NCBI GenBank assembly: GCA_023213395.1
Contig: CM041465.1
Location: 57,295,741 to 57,359,740, forward strand
Length of the DNA stretch: 64,000 nucleotides
Reading direction: 5' to 3'
From: Cycas panzhihuaensis
Taxonomy: Eukaryota; Plantae; Cycadophyta
The position numbers and the translations under genes are program-made. Of this stretch, positions 1 through 13,318 are shown piece by piece. Below the pieces are notes generated by a model. It saw only the letters and a program-made list of their open reading frames with translations, made no database searches and had not been told where the DNA came from. The stretch's first letter is position 1. Every line of letters begins with the position of its first letter.

Positions 1-1347
1 GGCAGTTTGCCCATTTGTGGTCAGCCAGACCACATTCCTCACAAATATAATCTCCTTTCTATTTTTGTAATGGGCAGTTTGTTCGAAAGTGTCCCCATCT
101 TAAACATAGATGACAACGGATTGGTTTGGTTTTTCCCTTATACTGTTTAAAGAAATTGCCTTCCTTTCTTTGGTAAAATGACTCCCTCACTGGTGTTTTG
201 TAATAACATTCCCATGTATAATGGTTCGCCCTTTTACAGATTTTGCACCATCGCCTTTCCCCCATTTGCTGATGTTCATTCTTGAAATGCCCCGGTTGTC
301 CATAGGGAGGAGGACACCATATGTTGTCTCAGGATTTTCCTATTCTTAATTTGGCTATTACTGCCCTTAAGTTCTTAATTTCCTCATTTTGTTGGTTTGT
401 GCCAGGAAACACAACCGAGAATTGTTGTTTCAACATTTCAACTTCCTTTCTCAAGGCTTCTACTTTAGGATTTATCATCCATTGGGACACACTTGTTTGC
501 CCAACATTCTGAATTCCAACATTTAAATAACCTGTTCTCATTTGGTTTTCAAATCATAGAGCCAAGTCTTTGACTTGCTCATAGCTATTCAATGGATGAA
601 AAATAATATTTTCTTTTAAATGGGATAACAACCCTTGCACAAAATATTTCAGAGATAAAATTGGGTTCATGGGTATAGCAGGATCCATTTTATTCATAAT
701 AATCCAGAGTCTGCCATCAAAATCAGGACTCACTTGGCATCTGCCAAATTTCTTCTAGGGCTTGAAAAATGGACATTGGATTCCGTAATCGTTGGAACCT
801 GTCCAAAAATTGTTTGTATTGCCTTCCATGTTGGATTTATTTTTGCCACATACTGGTACCACACTATTGCTACTCCCTGCAATGTTGAAAAGAATCGTGC
901 CTTAATTTCATCTGGGTCCTTAATTTTCTTAATTTTTAGCACATTAGAAAACAAGGCCAGATGGTCTCCCAGATCTCTTAAGCCATCACACTATAAATGC
1001 CCAAACATAGCATCATTTTGAACTATTACATACGAAGGGTTTACCTGGTTTCCTCCCCCAGTTGCATTTCTTTGTGCCTGGTTTTCCGGTCTTGTTGGCA
1101 TTGGCCCACTTTGCACGATTTTGTTTGCACCTCTTACTGGGATTGTTGAATTTGTTCCTCCACCTCCGCTCATCCCCTGATTCTGGGGAGTATTGTTTGC
1201 ACTCTCCAGACTTCCTCCTAGCAACATTGATCCTAAAAACATTTTTGCCATCTTACTATAAAGCGGGTTCAGTACATGGGAATGGGAGTCCTTGACATCT
1301 ACAAGATAGCAATCCCACCCCATTGCGGTGGTGCTATATACTTCCAA
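1..1347 (-). pseudogene. gag: Gypsy gag of element A, frameshifted
   Basis: ORF 730-954 FFSTLQGVAIVWY...TWKAIQ is Retrotrans_gag-like; ORF 59-265 has zinc knuckles CKICKRANHYTWEC and CHLCLRWGHFRTNC. Confidence 0.85.
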
Positions 1348-1720
1348 ACTTACTGATTTTCCTTCCTCTAAAATGGCCTACCCTTCCTCTACGTTCTCGG
1401 GGTCTTTGTTCTCTGTCCACTTCGAGGCTTCCGCTTGCAACTCTTGGGTTTCTTCCTAGGTTCCTTCTGTGCTTTCTTTTTCTTGTCCCCTTGGGTCTGA
1501 CTTTTTTCTCGTCTGCCCTTCGCAGGTTTCCTTCTGACTTGCTTCTTTTCGACTGGTTCTTTGGGTTTGCAAATGCCCTCCTGGCTTCTTTTCGCCTCCC
1601 ACCGCTAACTTTGTTCTTGCCTGGTCTCGACCCTTCTTACGGAATTAACCCTTGGTGGCATGGACAATCCCCCCTTACTCTTTCATCCTCGGGCGCTCAT
1701 TCTTCTCCAAATTCTGGATA

Positions 1721-1736
1721 CCCGGCAACGAAACCA
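1721..1736 (-). promoter_or_regulatory. Primer binding site complementary to plant tRNA-Glu
   Basis: Plus strand CCCGGCAACGAAACCA versus the recalled plant tRNA-Glu 3' end CCCGGCAACGGAACCA (1 mismatch), 1 nt from the LTR TG. Confidence 0.75.
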
Positions 1737-1737
1737 A

Positions 1738-2309
1738 TGTGCGCCCTACTCCCTTACCCTAACATTCTTGAATACATTCTACAAGAGTTACAAGCAAGAG
1801 AGAGACACAATGTTGGAGCACAAATAACCAAGCTTTCATTATCAAAAGGGCCCTACATCTGGTCCTCTCACAACCAGACGCAAGCCTGAACAGTGTACAA
1901 TGGCCGTAGTGGACAACACTCTGTAGGAATACACAGAAATACAAATCAGTGTTTTTTTCCTTTCTTACAATAACTTTATTTATATTTCCTATCCTACAGT
2001 TATAACCACTTGATGTAACTATTCCATCGTTCTTTAACATCATTTTACACTTTATTCATAACTAATGTTGCCCTAGTTGCACCGACCGTTGCCCTAGTTA
2101 CACTGGTCGCTGCCCTGGTTGCACTTGTCGAGAATCTGGTTGCACCTGCTAGCAAACTGGTTGTACCTACCAATCGTCTGGTTTCACCTGCCAGCAGTCT
2201 GGTTACACTTGTCTGCATTCCAGTTGCACCTATCTGAGCTTAGTCGCACCTATCTAGAGCCTAGTTGCACCTGTTTTACCTCAAAATAAGAGTTGCCCTT
2301 TTGGCCGCA
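1738..2309 (-). repeat. 5' LTR of element A
   Basis: Begins TGTGCG next to the PBS and probably ends GGCCGCA; the partner LTR is outside the window. Confidence 0.55.
2066..2275. repeat. Degenerate ~21-bp tandem repeat (core CTGGTTGCACC), about 10 copies, inside LTR A
   Basis: Visible periodic units such as gttgccctagttgcaccgacc / gctgccctggttgcacttgtc / gagaatctggttgcacctgct. Confidence 0.8.
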
Positions 2310-3359
2310 TATAGGGTGGAGAAGACGATTTTTTTGCTATCTATGGAATGTCAAAAGCTATAATTGTATATTTTTTGGAGAATTCTTCAAATAGCAAACT
2401 TCAATGTCAATAGATCTCTCTTGAAGGCCAAGAAACCTATATAGGCTTCCTCCAATCGAGATTTGACAAAAATGTTAGTGGCCAAATATTCGTCTTTGAG
2501 TTCTATTGAAATGCAACTAGAAATATAAGATTGAATTATACTGCGTGAAGAAGTATAAACAAAGGTTCCTCCAAATTCGGTTTCTCAATAAGATAACATG
2601 ATTTAACCATTTGATGAATCATCTCATTTGAAAAAAATAAAAATGTAAACCAAAGATGAGAATGAAGAAAAGAATAAGAACGAAGAGCCTACAAACTGAA
2701 GAAAAAAGAGCTAAACTTAGAATCAAAACCAAAATGAGAGCCAGAAGTGAGTGACAAACCTTATCAAAATGTGTATCAAAAAGTTTCCTAAAAAATTAAA
2801 AGAATAAATTAGACCTTGGGATTGATTGAGAAATATGTGCCAAGAGTGAAGAGAGAAATGGATCAAAAATTGATATTAAAATATATTTAAAAAAGACTCT
2901 CAAAATAAAGCAAGTTTTGTTGGGCTTGAAAAAAAGGGAAAAGTGCACATCACAAAGGATGAAAGAAGTTAGCATTAAGCAACAACTAACAACATTTAAA
3001 GCATCCCACTGCAATGTTTGTAAATGTTGTATTGCAAAGTTTTGGAAATAAAAGCATTAGGAATAAGAAATTGTTACAAAATGTCATTACAAATGTTGTT
3101 AATAAATTCTTGCCCGACAATGATCTTAGGAACTAGGTTCTTCTTCTTCTTCTTTGTGCAAACTACGCTCACTTTGCCTTCCCCTTTTTAATGTTTTTTC
3201 TTCAATTTCTTTAGATTTCACACATGCAAGCACCCATCCATATCAAGATAGACATATCCATGCACTTACACGTCTGAAGGGACATGAGAGTGCTCACATG
3301 TATTATGCCAAAACCAATAAATAAATAAATAACAAACAAGCAATGCCTCTTTCCCATGC

Positions 3360-3625
3360 ATAAGCATAAATGGACATGCATATGCTTAAACTTACATACA
3401 ACTAGTAGTATACTCATATATACATGCATGCATTCATGTATATGTATGGATACATGCCGATGCATGCATATACTTACACATGAATAGGAACAACCAGACA
3501 CATGCATGTACGTATACACATGTATACTTGAACATAGCCATACACATAGACAAACACACATGCATACATACACATTTATATTCACACAACACATGCACAC
3601 GTACATTTATAGACATATACATGTA
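3360..3625. repeat. Degenerate CA/TA/CATG low-complexity tract
   Basis: Alternating purine-pyrimidine runs (catacacatagacaaacacacatgcatac); the overlapping ORFs are spurious. Confidence 0.7.
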
Positions 3626-4023
3626 GTTTGAGGTTATAAATTGGACATTAAATAAGGGTTTTAAGAAAATCCTATGGAAATTGTTCATTATTTCATCCTT
3701 CACAAGCTAGTCTTATTGACATGTATATGATCACATATCCTCAAGACATGTTCCATGTCGAGCCTTACTCATAAAAGCCACATTGAAGATCAAATCATAT
3801 TCTCAAATTTGTCCCACATCATCATTCATACAAAATCCTTATCTTGAGTTATCACATACCCCATTTATACATAAACATGCACATACACAAATAAATTAAT
3901 TTTTATGGGACCTAATAGTCTTTTGATGATATTTTATGAAGTACATTAAACAAGACTAGATTGAAAAGATCTTATTGAAAGGCAAAATTGAAAGAATTTT
4001 CTTGCATCACTCGAGTTTGTTTC

Positions 4024-4092
4024 TATTAGGCACCATTTTGTTAATTATGTCATTTAGTTTGGGTTAGTTACTAAACGACATAACAACGGTTC

Positions 4093-4131
<39 letters not shown>

Positions 4132-4396
4132 GAGGACAAATGAGGGGTATGCAATGTGGCGCACCCTGATCCTAATGGATGGTTCTGGTTTTGCTTGGGA
4201 TGATTACATCCGGTCATGTACATTCAATTTTGATATAATATAATTGATATTATGTACATTTGCAATGTTGTACTTCTGAACACTGTTTATATGTTGTTAC
4301 TATTCATATATTGTATCATTAGAATTGTGCATATTGTGTTGATCGTGTTGTAATATCATCTCTTCCTAGTACGAACCTATATTCTTGCAGTTAACA
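4024..4396 (+). repeat. 5' LTR of B (contains a TA microsatellite)
   Basis: TATTAGGCACCATTTTG...CAGTTAACA aligns over its length with 12944-13318. Confidence 0.95.
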
Positions 4397-4398
4397 TC

Positions 4399-4413
4399 TG
4401 CTGTCATTGCCGA
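4399..4413 (+). promoter_or_regulatory. Degenerate PBS, probably tRNA-Asp type
   Basis: TGCTGTCATTGCCGA versus the Athila-type TGGCGCCGTTGCCGG; differences are mostly transitions; lies 2 nt after the LTR. Confidence 0.6.
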
Positions 4414-4456
4414 TGTAGGAATGAGATAAATGATGGAGAGAACAAGATAGATACAA

Positions 4457-7400
4457 ATGACAATTCGTAATCGTTATGGAAACCAAACTGCACTGGGCGA
4501 ATTAAACTTCATTCAATTTTCAAAAGAAGATTTTAGGATCATACTTCAGTTGAAACCTTACCTATTGTGGAAAGGCATCATCGAGCAATATCTTGATGAT
4601 ATTGTCATTTAAGAACCAGTGATGCTCGCGAATATTGTCGAACACCTTTGTTCTGATGCACGACACAGCACAAACAACGTATATATTTAAGCATATCATA
4701 AACCAACAAACACAACCAAGACGATCTGATCGATTGCATACGTTAAGACAACAAGGGTTAAAAACATTAACAAAGATCGATTAGTCAATAATTGAAAGAG
4801 GACAAGAGGTCTAGCAAGCCTGGAAATAGAAACACAGTCCGAACCTAGACTTAATAGAAATCGAGGAAGTGTTTGCACATCTGAGTTTACGTGAAAAGGA
4901 GCAAGCCCTTATACAAGATCAAGATCAAGAACATCCTAGTCCAAGACAAAAAAGGGCATGATTCAAAAACTACTATAAACATAGAAAAAAGAAGAAGCCT
5001 ACAAAGGAATCTCGACAACGAAGAATACAACAACTTAAGCATATAAGATAACCGATAAAATCATTGGAAGCATCGACAACAACAATGGCGACATCGTCCA
5101 CAACCATGAAAGGAGGAGCGAAGCAAAAACTATTGACTTTCAACGAGAAAGCAGATGAAGATCCAACCAAACATTATAATGTGTGTGAAGATAATATGGA
5201 CGACCAGTGGTAAAACTGACAAAGATATCTGGTTGCAATCATTTTCGACCACACTACGAGATGTTGCGAATGACTGGTTTAAGAAATTCAAAGGTGGTCA
5301 CTTCAAGAATTGGTCCTCCTTATGAGAAGCATTTGAAAAAGAATTCAAACTGTTGTGGGATGGTAGTGAGGTGGTGGACCAAATCTACACTCTGAAGCAA
5401 GAACCCAACGAAACAATAAGAAGCTACAACACAGTTAAGAAGTTTGGAAAAAAAAAAGAATGGAAAGCAAAGTAACAAATGGGTTAAGAAAGGGATGGTT
5501 CTTAGAAGGATTGCTTCTGAAATATAGAAGAAAGTTACAGATCGTGCCTCCTGTATCATATCATGAAGCAATAGACCATGCGATGAGTCTTGAGATCAAA
5601 GAGAAAGTAGAAGCCTGGCACCAAGAAAAGATAAGTGAAGCTGAAGTAAAAGAAGAATTTTCAATAGAAGCTCTGAGGGAAGATTTGACGACAATGTTCA
5701 AGGATTTTACACAAAATCAACCTAAAGAACGACGCCACATATGGTGTATCAAATGTCATACTGAAGGCCATACGAAGTCAGAATGTCCAGAGAATCAAGG
5801 ATTCAAATATTACTACATCTGCAAAATGAGCAATCATGATACTGACAAATGTGGATTTAATATCTGCGCACGGAGGAGACAAGAATGGGATGTCTTCTTT
5901 ACTTGACAAGAGACGAATAAACCACCTCTCGGAAGAGGGTGCAGAGGTCGACCAGTGCAACGAGACTCTCAAGGACAACCAATGGTGCAATGCTTTCAAT
6001 GAAAATTGTGGGGACACTTTAGTAGAGACTGTCCTAATGCAGAGAATAACGTCTCAACATTATATCGATGGTGCGGACCAGGTGACCATGATGACGACCA
6101 CTTCCTTAAACAACAAAACAAAAATGTCAATCTGGTAGGAGTAACGGCTGAAGATAAAGTTCAAACGCTACCAACATATGTGGTGTATACAAGGAGGGCC
6201 AAGCAATCGGAGTACCCTGAACCCGAAAAGGAAAAAGAATGATTAGGTCAAGCTAAGGAATTAATACAAACACTAAAAAAACAAGAATACGATGTGACTT
6301 TGACAAAACCACAACCTACGGGACCAACAAAGAATGGACTGACAAAATCAATAATGGCAACAGAAGACAATATAGTGACTAAGGGTAATACCAAAACTAC
6401 TACCCTAATCTTGGAGCAAATCCTACAAGAAGAAGTAACCATCAATTGTCAACATTACTTGAACACGATGAATTGTTAGTACAAGCACTCGAAGACTACA
6501 TACGATAACTTAAGATAAAGAGAATGGGGAACACACAAATCACAGCAAAAGAGTGCATCGTGAGTCTTAGTAAATTAGCAATACAGGAACCCCACATAGA
6601 ATATCATGCACGTTCTCTCATAATCGATCAAAACATAATCGTCTCAATGAATATATTGGGGCAGGTATTGCGGAATACAGTAATAGATGGTGGGGTTGTA
6701 GTAAACATCATTCCAATTACAACTTGGAAAGCGATCGGTAGACCAAAGCTATGGCTCCCTACATTTCGATTACAGTTAACTGATCAACATGGCGTGTAAC
6801 CACTGGGAATGATGCAAGCATAGAAAATACAAATAGAAAACCTAGAATTTGTAATGGATTTTGCTGTAATACCTATGATTGACAAAACACCTCCACCTTA
6901 TGAGGCCCTTTTAGGTCGACCTTGGTTACGAAATGTGCGCGTACTTCAAAATTGGGGACGCAATACATTAACAATAAAGCAAAAGGGAAAAACGTAATTG
7001 ATTAATTTAAATTGTCATACTATAAGTGAAGAATTAATAGATTCTAGTTCTTCTTCTGATGATGACGATAGTAATATTGACGATAATGAATGTACTGACA
7101 GTACTAAAGAGGATCACCCTTTAAGTACAATATTTGACAATGATAATATATGCGAACCTATTGAAGGTGTTTTGTATTTGGATGCTTGTTCTGAAGACGA
7201 GTTAGAATCAACTAGTGGATTACTTCATTGGCAATAGTAAGAATATGAAATGTTTTCATGTTATCTCGTTGAAATAGAACCTCTAAACAATAAAACCATT
7301 TATTAGATTCAAAATATTAATGATCAGTACAAATATCTCGACCATTATTACGAAGTTACTAAAGGTGATCAAACAATACTTCAAAATCCAGCACATAACT

Positions 7401-10210
7401 TTCAAGATAAAATTTTCTATGAGGAAGCACCTCAACGACTTATAAATTTGGGAATTGAACATAACAAACAAACTGTAATGTTAAGAAAAACATGGGATCC
7501 AACATTGGTGGCAGTGGCAATAAAAATTTTCATAAAATATAAGGATGTTTTTGCTTGGATGTATAAGGATTTAAAAGGGATACCAAGAGAATTATGCAAA
7601 CATAAAATAGAACTAATACTAGGATCAAAAGTGGTAAAAAACAAACTGTGAACCCTAAATATGCAGAACAAGTGGATGCAGAAATAAGAAAATGTTCGAT
7701 GCACAAATCATATTTAAGGTCAAAACGAGTGACTGGGTATCTCCAATAGTGGTAGTTCCTAAGAAAAATGGGAAATTACATATTTGTGTTGATTTTCAGA
7801 AATTAAACGCAGTAACTTATAAGGACCTATTCCCTATACCATTCACAGATATTATATTGGAAGAAGTAGCAGGACACGAGGTGTATTCATTTCTAGATGG
7901 TTTTGCTGGGTATAATTAAATAAGTATTGCAAGAAAAGATAGGTTAAAAACTATGTTTATTACCCAAATTGGAATTTTTACATACAACCACATATTGTTT
8001 AGGCTGTGTAATGCTCCAACCACCTTTCAACGAATAATCATGCACATATTCGATCAATTATCTTCGAAGCTAGTGAAAGTGTTTTTGGATGATTGGTCTA
8101 TTTATGGAAACATTGAAGATCACCTTCCTCTATTAACAGAATGTTTAGAAGTTAGAAAACAAGGTTATCACTAAATCTGGAGAAATGTCAATTTTTAGTC
8201 CCATACGAAAAATTATTAGGACATTGTATGTGCTCGATGGTTAAAAACGGATCTAGACAAAATCAAAGTTATTATGAACTTAGTGCCACCATCAAACAGT
8301 ACAGAAGTACAAATTTTTCTTGGACACATGGGGTATTACCATCGATTTTTAAAAGGATTTTCTTATATTCCACATCCCTTAGAAGAGTTGTTAATAAAAG
8401 GTGTAAGTTTCACTTGGGGAAGTGAGCAGTAAAAAGCATTCGACAACCTTAAAGATAGACTTATTATAGTCTCAATTTTAACCCACCTAGACTGGACAAA
8501 GGAATTCCATATTCATGTAGATACATTGCAAATAGCAATTGAATGTACACTTGCTCAAGAGGGAAGTCACAAGTTAGACTTACCTATTTATTTCGCTAGC
8601 GGCACTTAAATAAGGTAGAGAAGAATTATTCAACAACGGAAAGAGAAGTGTTAGGGATGATATATGTTGTACAGAAATTCTGACACTACCTTTTAGCAAA
8701 CCCCTATGTATTTTTTGTGGATCATTAAGCTCTTTTATATATAATCAATAAGCCCATAATCCAAAGCAGAATAAGTCCATGGCTGTAATTACTACAAGAA
8801 TTTAACTTCAAAGTAATAGTTTGACTAGGGCGTACGCATGTGGCTGCTAATCATTTATCAAGAATTAAGATAGGAGAAGAACCTTTTGGCATAAACAATG
8901 ATTTTTTGGATGCTAAACTTTTTCAAGTAATCATAACACCTCCAACTTATGATGAGATAACAAGATATGTCAGTTTGGGCTCATTTTCCCACAGACATGC
9001 CTTCACAACAATGCAAAGATTTGATAAAAAAGGTGGCACCTTATCAACTAATAGGACTCTATATAAATTGGGGAAATATTATGTATTAAGACGATGCATG
9101 ATGCAAGGGGAAGTACCAACAATACTTAGTAAAGCTCATAAAGGAACCACGAGTGGTCATTTGGGCCCTAAAAGTATAGCTAGGAAAATATTGTTATCAG
9201 GGCTGTGGTGGCCGTAATTATTTAAGGACACAAAGGAATTTATACTAACATGTGATATTTGCAAACGAATGAAACGACCTCTCCAACATGACTTTATGCC
9301 CTTACAATCATCATTGGTTCAAGGAGTTTTGGAATGATAGGGATTAGATTTTGTTGGATCTTTCAGACACATTGCAAGAACAAATTAGACAAAATATATT
9401 ATAGTAGCAACAGATTATCTCACGAAGTGGGTTGAGACAAAGGCACTTTGAGACAATTCAACACGAAGTACAACTATATTTCTCTATGAAAATATTATCA
9501 CTAGATTTGGATGTCCCCTAGAATTTGTCAGTGATAGAGGAACACATTTTATAAATGAGGCAATTTATTGCTTAACTCAGGAATTTATGATTACACATCA
9601 TAAATTGACACCCTATTACCCACGAGCCAATGGGCAACTAGAATCAAGCAACAAAATCATAGTCACAATGTTAACAAAACTATGTAATGCAAGTAGAAAC
9701 GATTTGGCAAAATAACTACATTCAGTATTATGGGGTTTTAGGACTACCTATAAAATTTCAATTGGTCATACACCGTTTTAGTTAGTATATGATGTAGAAG
9801 CAGTTCTTCTTATAGAGTTTATAGTACCAAGCCTAAGAATCACGGTCTAACAACAATGGTTAGATACAACTAGCCTTCAGAATCAACTAGAAGCCATTCT
9901 TGCTCTTGATAAAAAATAACAACATGCTCAATGGGTAATGAACACAATACAACAACGAAGAAAACAATGGCACAACAAGAGACTACCCCTGAAAACAATT
10001 AAAGAATGAGCAATGGTGTTTAAATACGATGGCAAACACTTCATAAAACCATGCAAGCTTAAGGTTCATTGGCTCGGTCTGTTTATAGTTTAAAAAAATT
10101 TTGAAAATGGCTCAGTGGAAATAACGCATATCAATGATGATGAGCAAACAATTGTGGTCAATGGATCAAAATTCAAAAAGTATAAAATCAAAGCAGAAAC
10201 AGACTACTAG
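4457..10210 (+). pseudogene. gag-pol: gag-pol of B, many stops and frameshifts
   Basis: Zinc knuckles WCIKCHTEGHTKSEC; protease VIDGGVVVNII...LLGRPWL; RT WVSPIVVVPKKNGKLHICVDFQKLN and VFLDD; RNase H; integrase GHLGPKSIARKILLSGLWWP and TPYYPRANGQ. Confidence 0.95.
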
Positions 10211-10349
10211 GCTATCAAGACGAAGGATGAGAAGGACATCCATAATCAATAAATGCTGATGCCACCGACCTGGGCAAGCGACAACTGATGAGTTGGAACA
10301 GGGTGCACATCACTCGCATAATTAAATTAGGGATTTAAAAAAAAAGAAA

Positions 10350-10351
10350 AG

Positions 10352-10382
<31 letters not shown>

Positions 10383-10410
10383 AAAACAAAAACAAAAAAG
10401 TAAAATTATT

Positions 10411-10460
<50 letters not shown>

Positions 10461-10612
10461 AGAAGAGAGAAATATATAAATTTTGATCGGCCAATCGACC
10501 GCCATCCGACCGACCATGGGACGGCCCATGGTTTCGCCCAAACCATGGGCGAAAACCATGGGCCTGTACCTACCCTCTCTATTATAAATCGAAGAGGGGG
10601 GGGGGGGGGGGG
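10350..10612 (+). promoter_or_regulatory. Putative internal promoter between pol and the extra ORF: (TA)n, (GA)n, inverted repeat, TATA box, poly-G
   Basis: (GA)n ~10414-10456; inverted repeat 10523-10564; TATAAAT at 10583-10589. The function is inferred. Confidence 0.5.
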
Positions 10613-10875
10613 CTTTGTAAAAACGCAAAGGAGTTTGGAGTCAGTATTTCAAAGGGAGCCTGGGAGCTATGCAGCCAGTAAGCCAGAGAATCAGAAGCTT
10701 GGGTGGAATAGAGTATTGATAAGGGAACGAGGGGAGAAGACAACAATTATGCGATGTCTGGATTCGCGAGATTTGCCTAGAGTACTCCACCATTTGCAAT
10801 AGAATCATCACAGAAGATCACCGAGAAGGAAAGGGATGCAGAGTTGCGATTCGAGATCGAGGGATAACAGATCAG

Positions 10876-12930
10876 ATGGCAGATACTGGATTCACCAGTA
10901 TTACACAAGTGGGTCGAATTGGCAGTTGAAGATCATAATGCCTTATTAAAGGCACAATTAGCAAGTGCATGGATTATGCAGGCTGGTTCATTTCTAATTT
11001 TTTCGAAGAATTCAAAAAAATTACAAGATATATTACAAGGATACAATCCTGGGGACAAAACGCCAACAATCAATGGAAAAATTATAAGGATGGAGCAAGA
11101 AAACATAGCAAGATTAATAGGATTTCCAAAAGAAGGGTAGGAGGTCAAGAAAGCAAGAAATTTGATAGTTGCAATGAAAGATCAGATCATTAAGGCGATA
11201 TGTGGAAAAGAATTCCACACCAAGCATGGGGAAGAGGCATTCTAGTGACCCACTTAAAAACAACAAACGTAATGGTTGTTGCAATAATAATGTGCAATGG
11301 GCTTTTGGGAGAACGACATTGTAATGCACTACCATCGTGGATTGCTCTGCATCTCTACGGAATCATGAAGGCCACAGTTTATAATTGGTCAGTTTTTATT
11401 TCAGAAAAGATGAAAACATCACTCCATCAACCTATCACAAAGACGCAATCTAGTTTTAATTTTACTCTGTACTTGTTGGGTTTGTGTTATGAGAAATTTC
11501 ATCTACCAGGATTAATAATAAGCCCAACGATTCGGTTGCTTTCCGCATTCTATAAAGACTCATCTATACCAAAGAAGATTCGGCCGAAAGTGTTAAAGGA
11601 AAGTAGAAGGGAACAGACAAAGAAGCGCAAAGTAGTCATGGTATGTGGGACAGATAATCTTTGTTCGCTTCTTCTAAATCTGATGACTCTGACGAAGACT
11701 ATATTGCAAATTATTATGATCTTAGTTCAAGTGGAGAGAGAAGATGAAGAAGTAGAAAAAGGAAATGAACGTACAATGGAGGATGTCCTTGCGGCACCAG
11801 GCTTGAATATTCTAGAATCCCCTACGGTTGGCAGCGAAGTTACATGATATGAATTAATGGGAGCATTTCCATCTAGCAAGGAGACAAAACCGGATCCAGA
11901 ACCAGAAAGGGAACAAGATACAACAATTTCTATTAGTCTTCAAACTATGAAGACCCAACACACGCTCGTGAAAGACACGTATCGAACAGTGATGGAGGCA
12001 TAAGGATAATTTATAAAGATAATGGAAGATAACCTCCAGAAGATAAATAATTATGACCAATTACAAAAGGAATTTTAGGAAACAAAAGAATCATTACAGG
12101 AAGCAAAAGATTCATTAAAGAAAATAGAAGTCATTGAAGAAAACAAAAGAATCGCTACAGAAAAAAGAGAGTGAATGTAGCCAATTATTAACTAGTGCAG
12201 ACTGTGGACAATCTCGAAGCGCCGATAGGCTTCTTGCACTATACTCACCATTTTGCTCACATGTTTTCAAATATGAGACTGAAATCCAGTTTTATTCATC
12301 AAAGCTGCCATGTTGACATAAGTTGTAATAGTCAGACTATTCTGCTTATATCTTGCAATTGCATGAGACTACATCAGAGAAACTATTTTTCAAACTGCTC
12401 TATTTGCCACGTGTATCTTGCAATTCATGTAATTCATAAGACCAAACTGTTCTATTTATCACATGTTGTTTTTATTTTTCTTTTCATAATTTTTAAATGG
12501 GAGTTTATATTGGCCCCTAAGAGTTACACAACTCCTCCCCCAAGTTATCTGAGGGCGCCTATCGACGCAAAAATAAATGAAGAAATGTATAACCGAGAGG
12601 TCTGTCACATTCAGCGAATTAGTACAGTGGAGGAACACCTTCGACAGAAAGAATAACGATCGGAACAATGGATCAAAGAATTGTCAGATCAGTTGAACGA
12701 TGAAAGGGCATGCCGTGAGAGAGTTCTTCAATGTGCTAAAGTTGTTAGTCGCAAAAATTGGAAATGGTGACGCAAAGCAGGACTTAACCCCATTTATTCC
12801 AAGGCACCAGCTAAAAATCTAATTCAAGATTCAACGCCGACTAAAAATCCAGTTCAAGATTCAACCCCAGATCCTACTCAAGTCGTCACAGATCCTGCAA
12901 TCACTTATGAGCGAGACACTTAGAGCTAAA
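10876..12930 (+). pseudogene. Extra 3' ORF of B (Athila env-like position), broken
   Basis: Fragments INGKIIRMEQENIARLIGFP and LYGIMKATVYNWSVFISEKM...FTLYLLGLC resemble the Transposase_32-type domain of Athila/Tat extra ORFs, followed by acidic and coiled-coil segments. Confidence 0.65.
12203..12528 (-). mobile_element. Probable solo LTR inserted in the extra ORF of B
   Basis: TG...CA ends (TGTGGA...GTTACA); AATAAA on the minus strand; removing it plus 5 bp restores the frame LTSAD-PPPSYLRAP. The flanking 5-mers match poorly (CAGAC/CAACT). Confidence 0.5.
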
Positions 12931-12943
12931 ATAGGGGAATAGA

Positions 12944-13024
12944 TGTTAGGCACCATTTTGTTAATTATGTCATTTAGTTTTGGTTAGTTACTGAGTTAGT
13001 TATTAAATGACGTAACAATGGTTC

Positions 13025-13056
<32 letters not shown>

Positions 13057-13318
13057 GACAAATGAGGGGTATGCGATGTGGCACATCCTAATCCTAGTGG
13101 ATGGTTTTGGTTTTGCTTGGGATGATTACATACGGTCCTGTACATTTAGTTTTGATATAATATAATTGATATTATATACATTCGCGATGTTGTGCTCCTG
13201 AACACTATTTATATGTTGTTATTATTCATATATTGAATCGTTAGGATTATGCATATTGTGTTGATCATGTTGTAATATCATCTCTTCCTAGTGCGAACCC
13301 GTATTCTTGCAGTTAATA
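12944..13318 (+). repeat. 3' LTR of B
   Basis: TGTTAGGCACC...CAGTTAATA, preceded by the PPT. Confidence 0.95.

Larger units (their letters stand above)
1..2309 (-). mobile_element. Element A: 5' part of a Ty3/Gypsy LTR retrotransposon (continues off the left edge)
   Basis: Minus-strand gag fragments, tRNA-Glu PBS at 1721-1736 and an LTR starting TGT at 1738. The outer LTR end at 2309 is inferred only from a CA dinucleotide and a compositional change. Confidence 0.8.
4024..13318 (+). mobile_element. Element B: full-length decayed non-chromoviral (Athila-like) Ty3/Gypsy retrotransposon
   Basis: Paired LTRs 4024-4396 and 12944-13318; TSD GTTTC/GTCTC; PBS 4399-4413; PPT AAAATAGGGGAATAGA 12928-12943; domain order gag-PR-RT-RH-INT, then an extra ORF; no chromodomain seen. 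Confidence 0.95.

Noticed and set aside
1323-1889. 188-aa hydrophobic plus-strand ORF
   Set aside because: Antisense shadow of the purine-rich leader, PBS and LTR of element A.
2066-2275. CRISPR-like periodic repeat
   Set aside because: Contiguous degenerate tandem units with no unique spacers and no cas genes, in a eukaryotic LTR context.
3211-3703. Cys/Met/His/Val-rich ORFs
   Set aside because: Translation of degenerate CA/TA low-complexity DNA.
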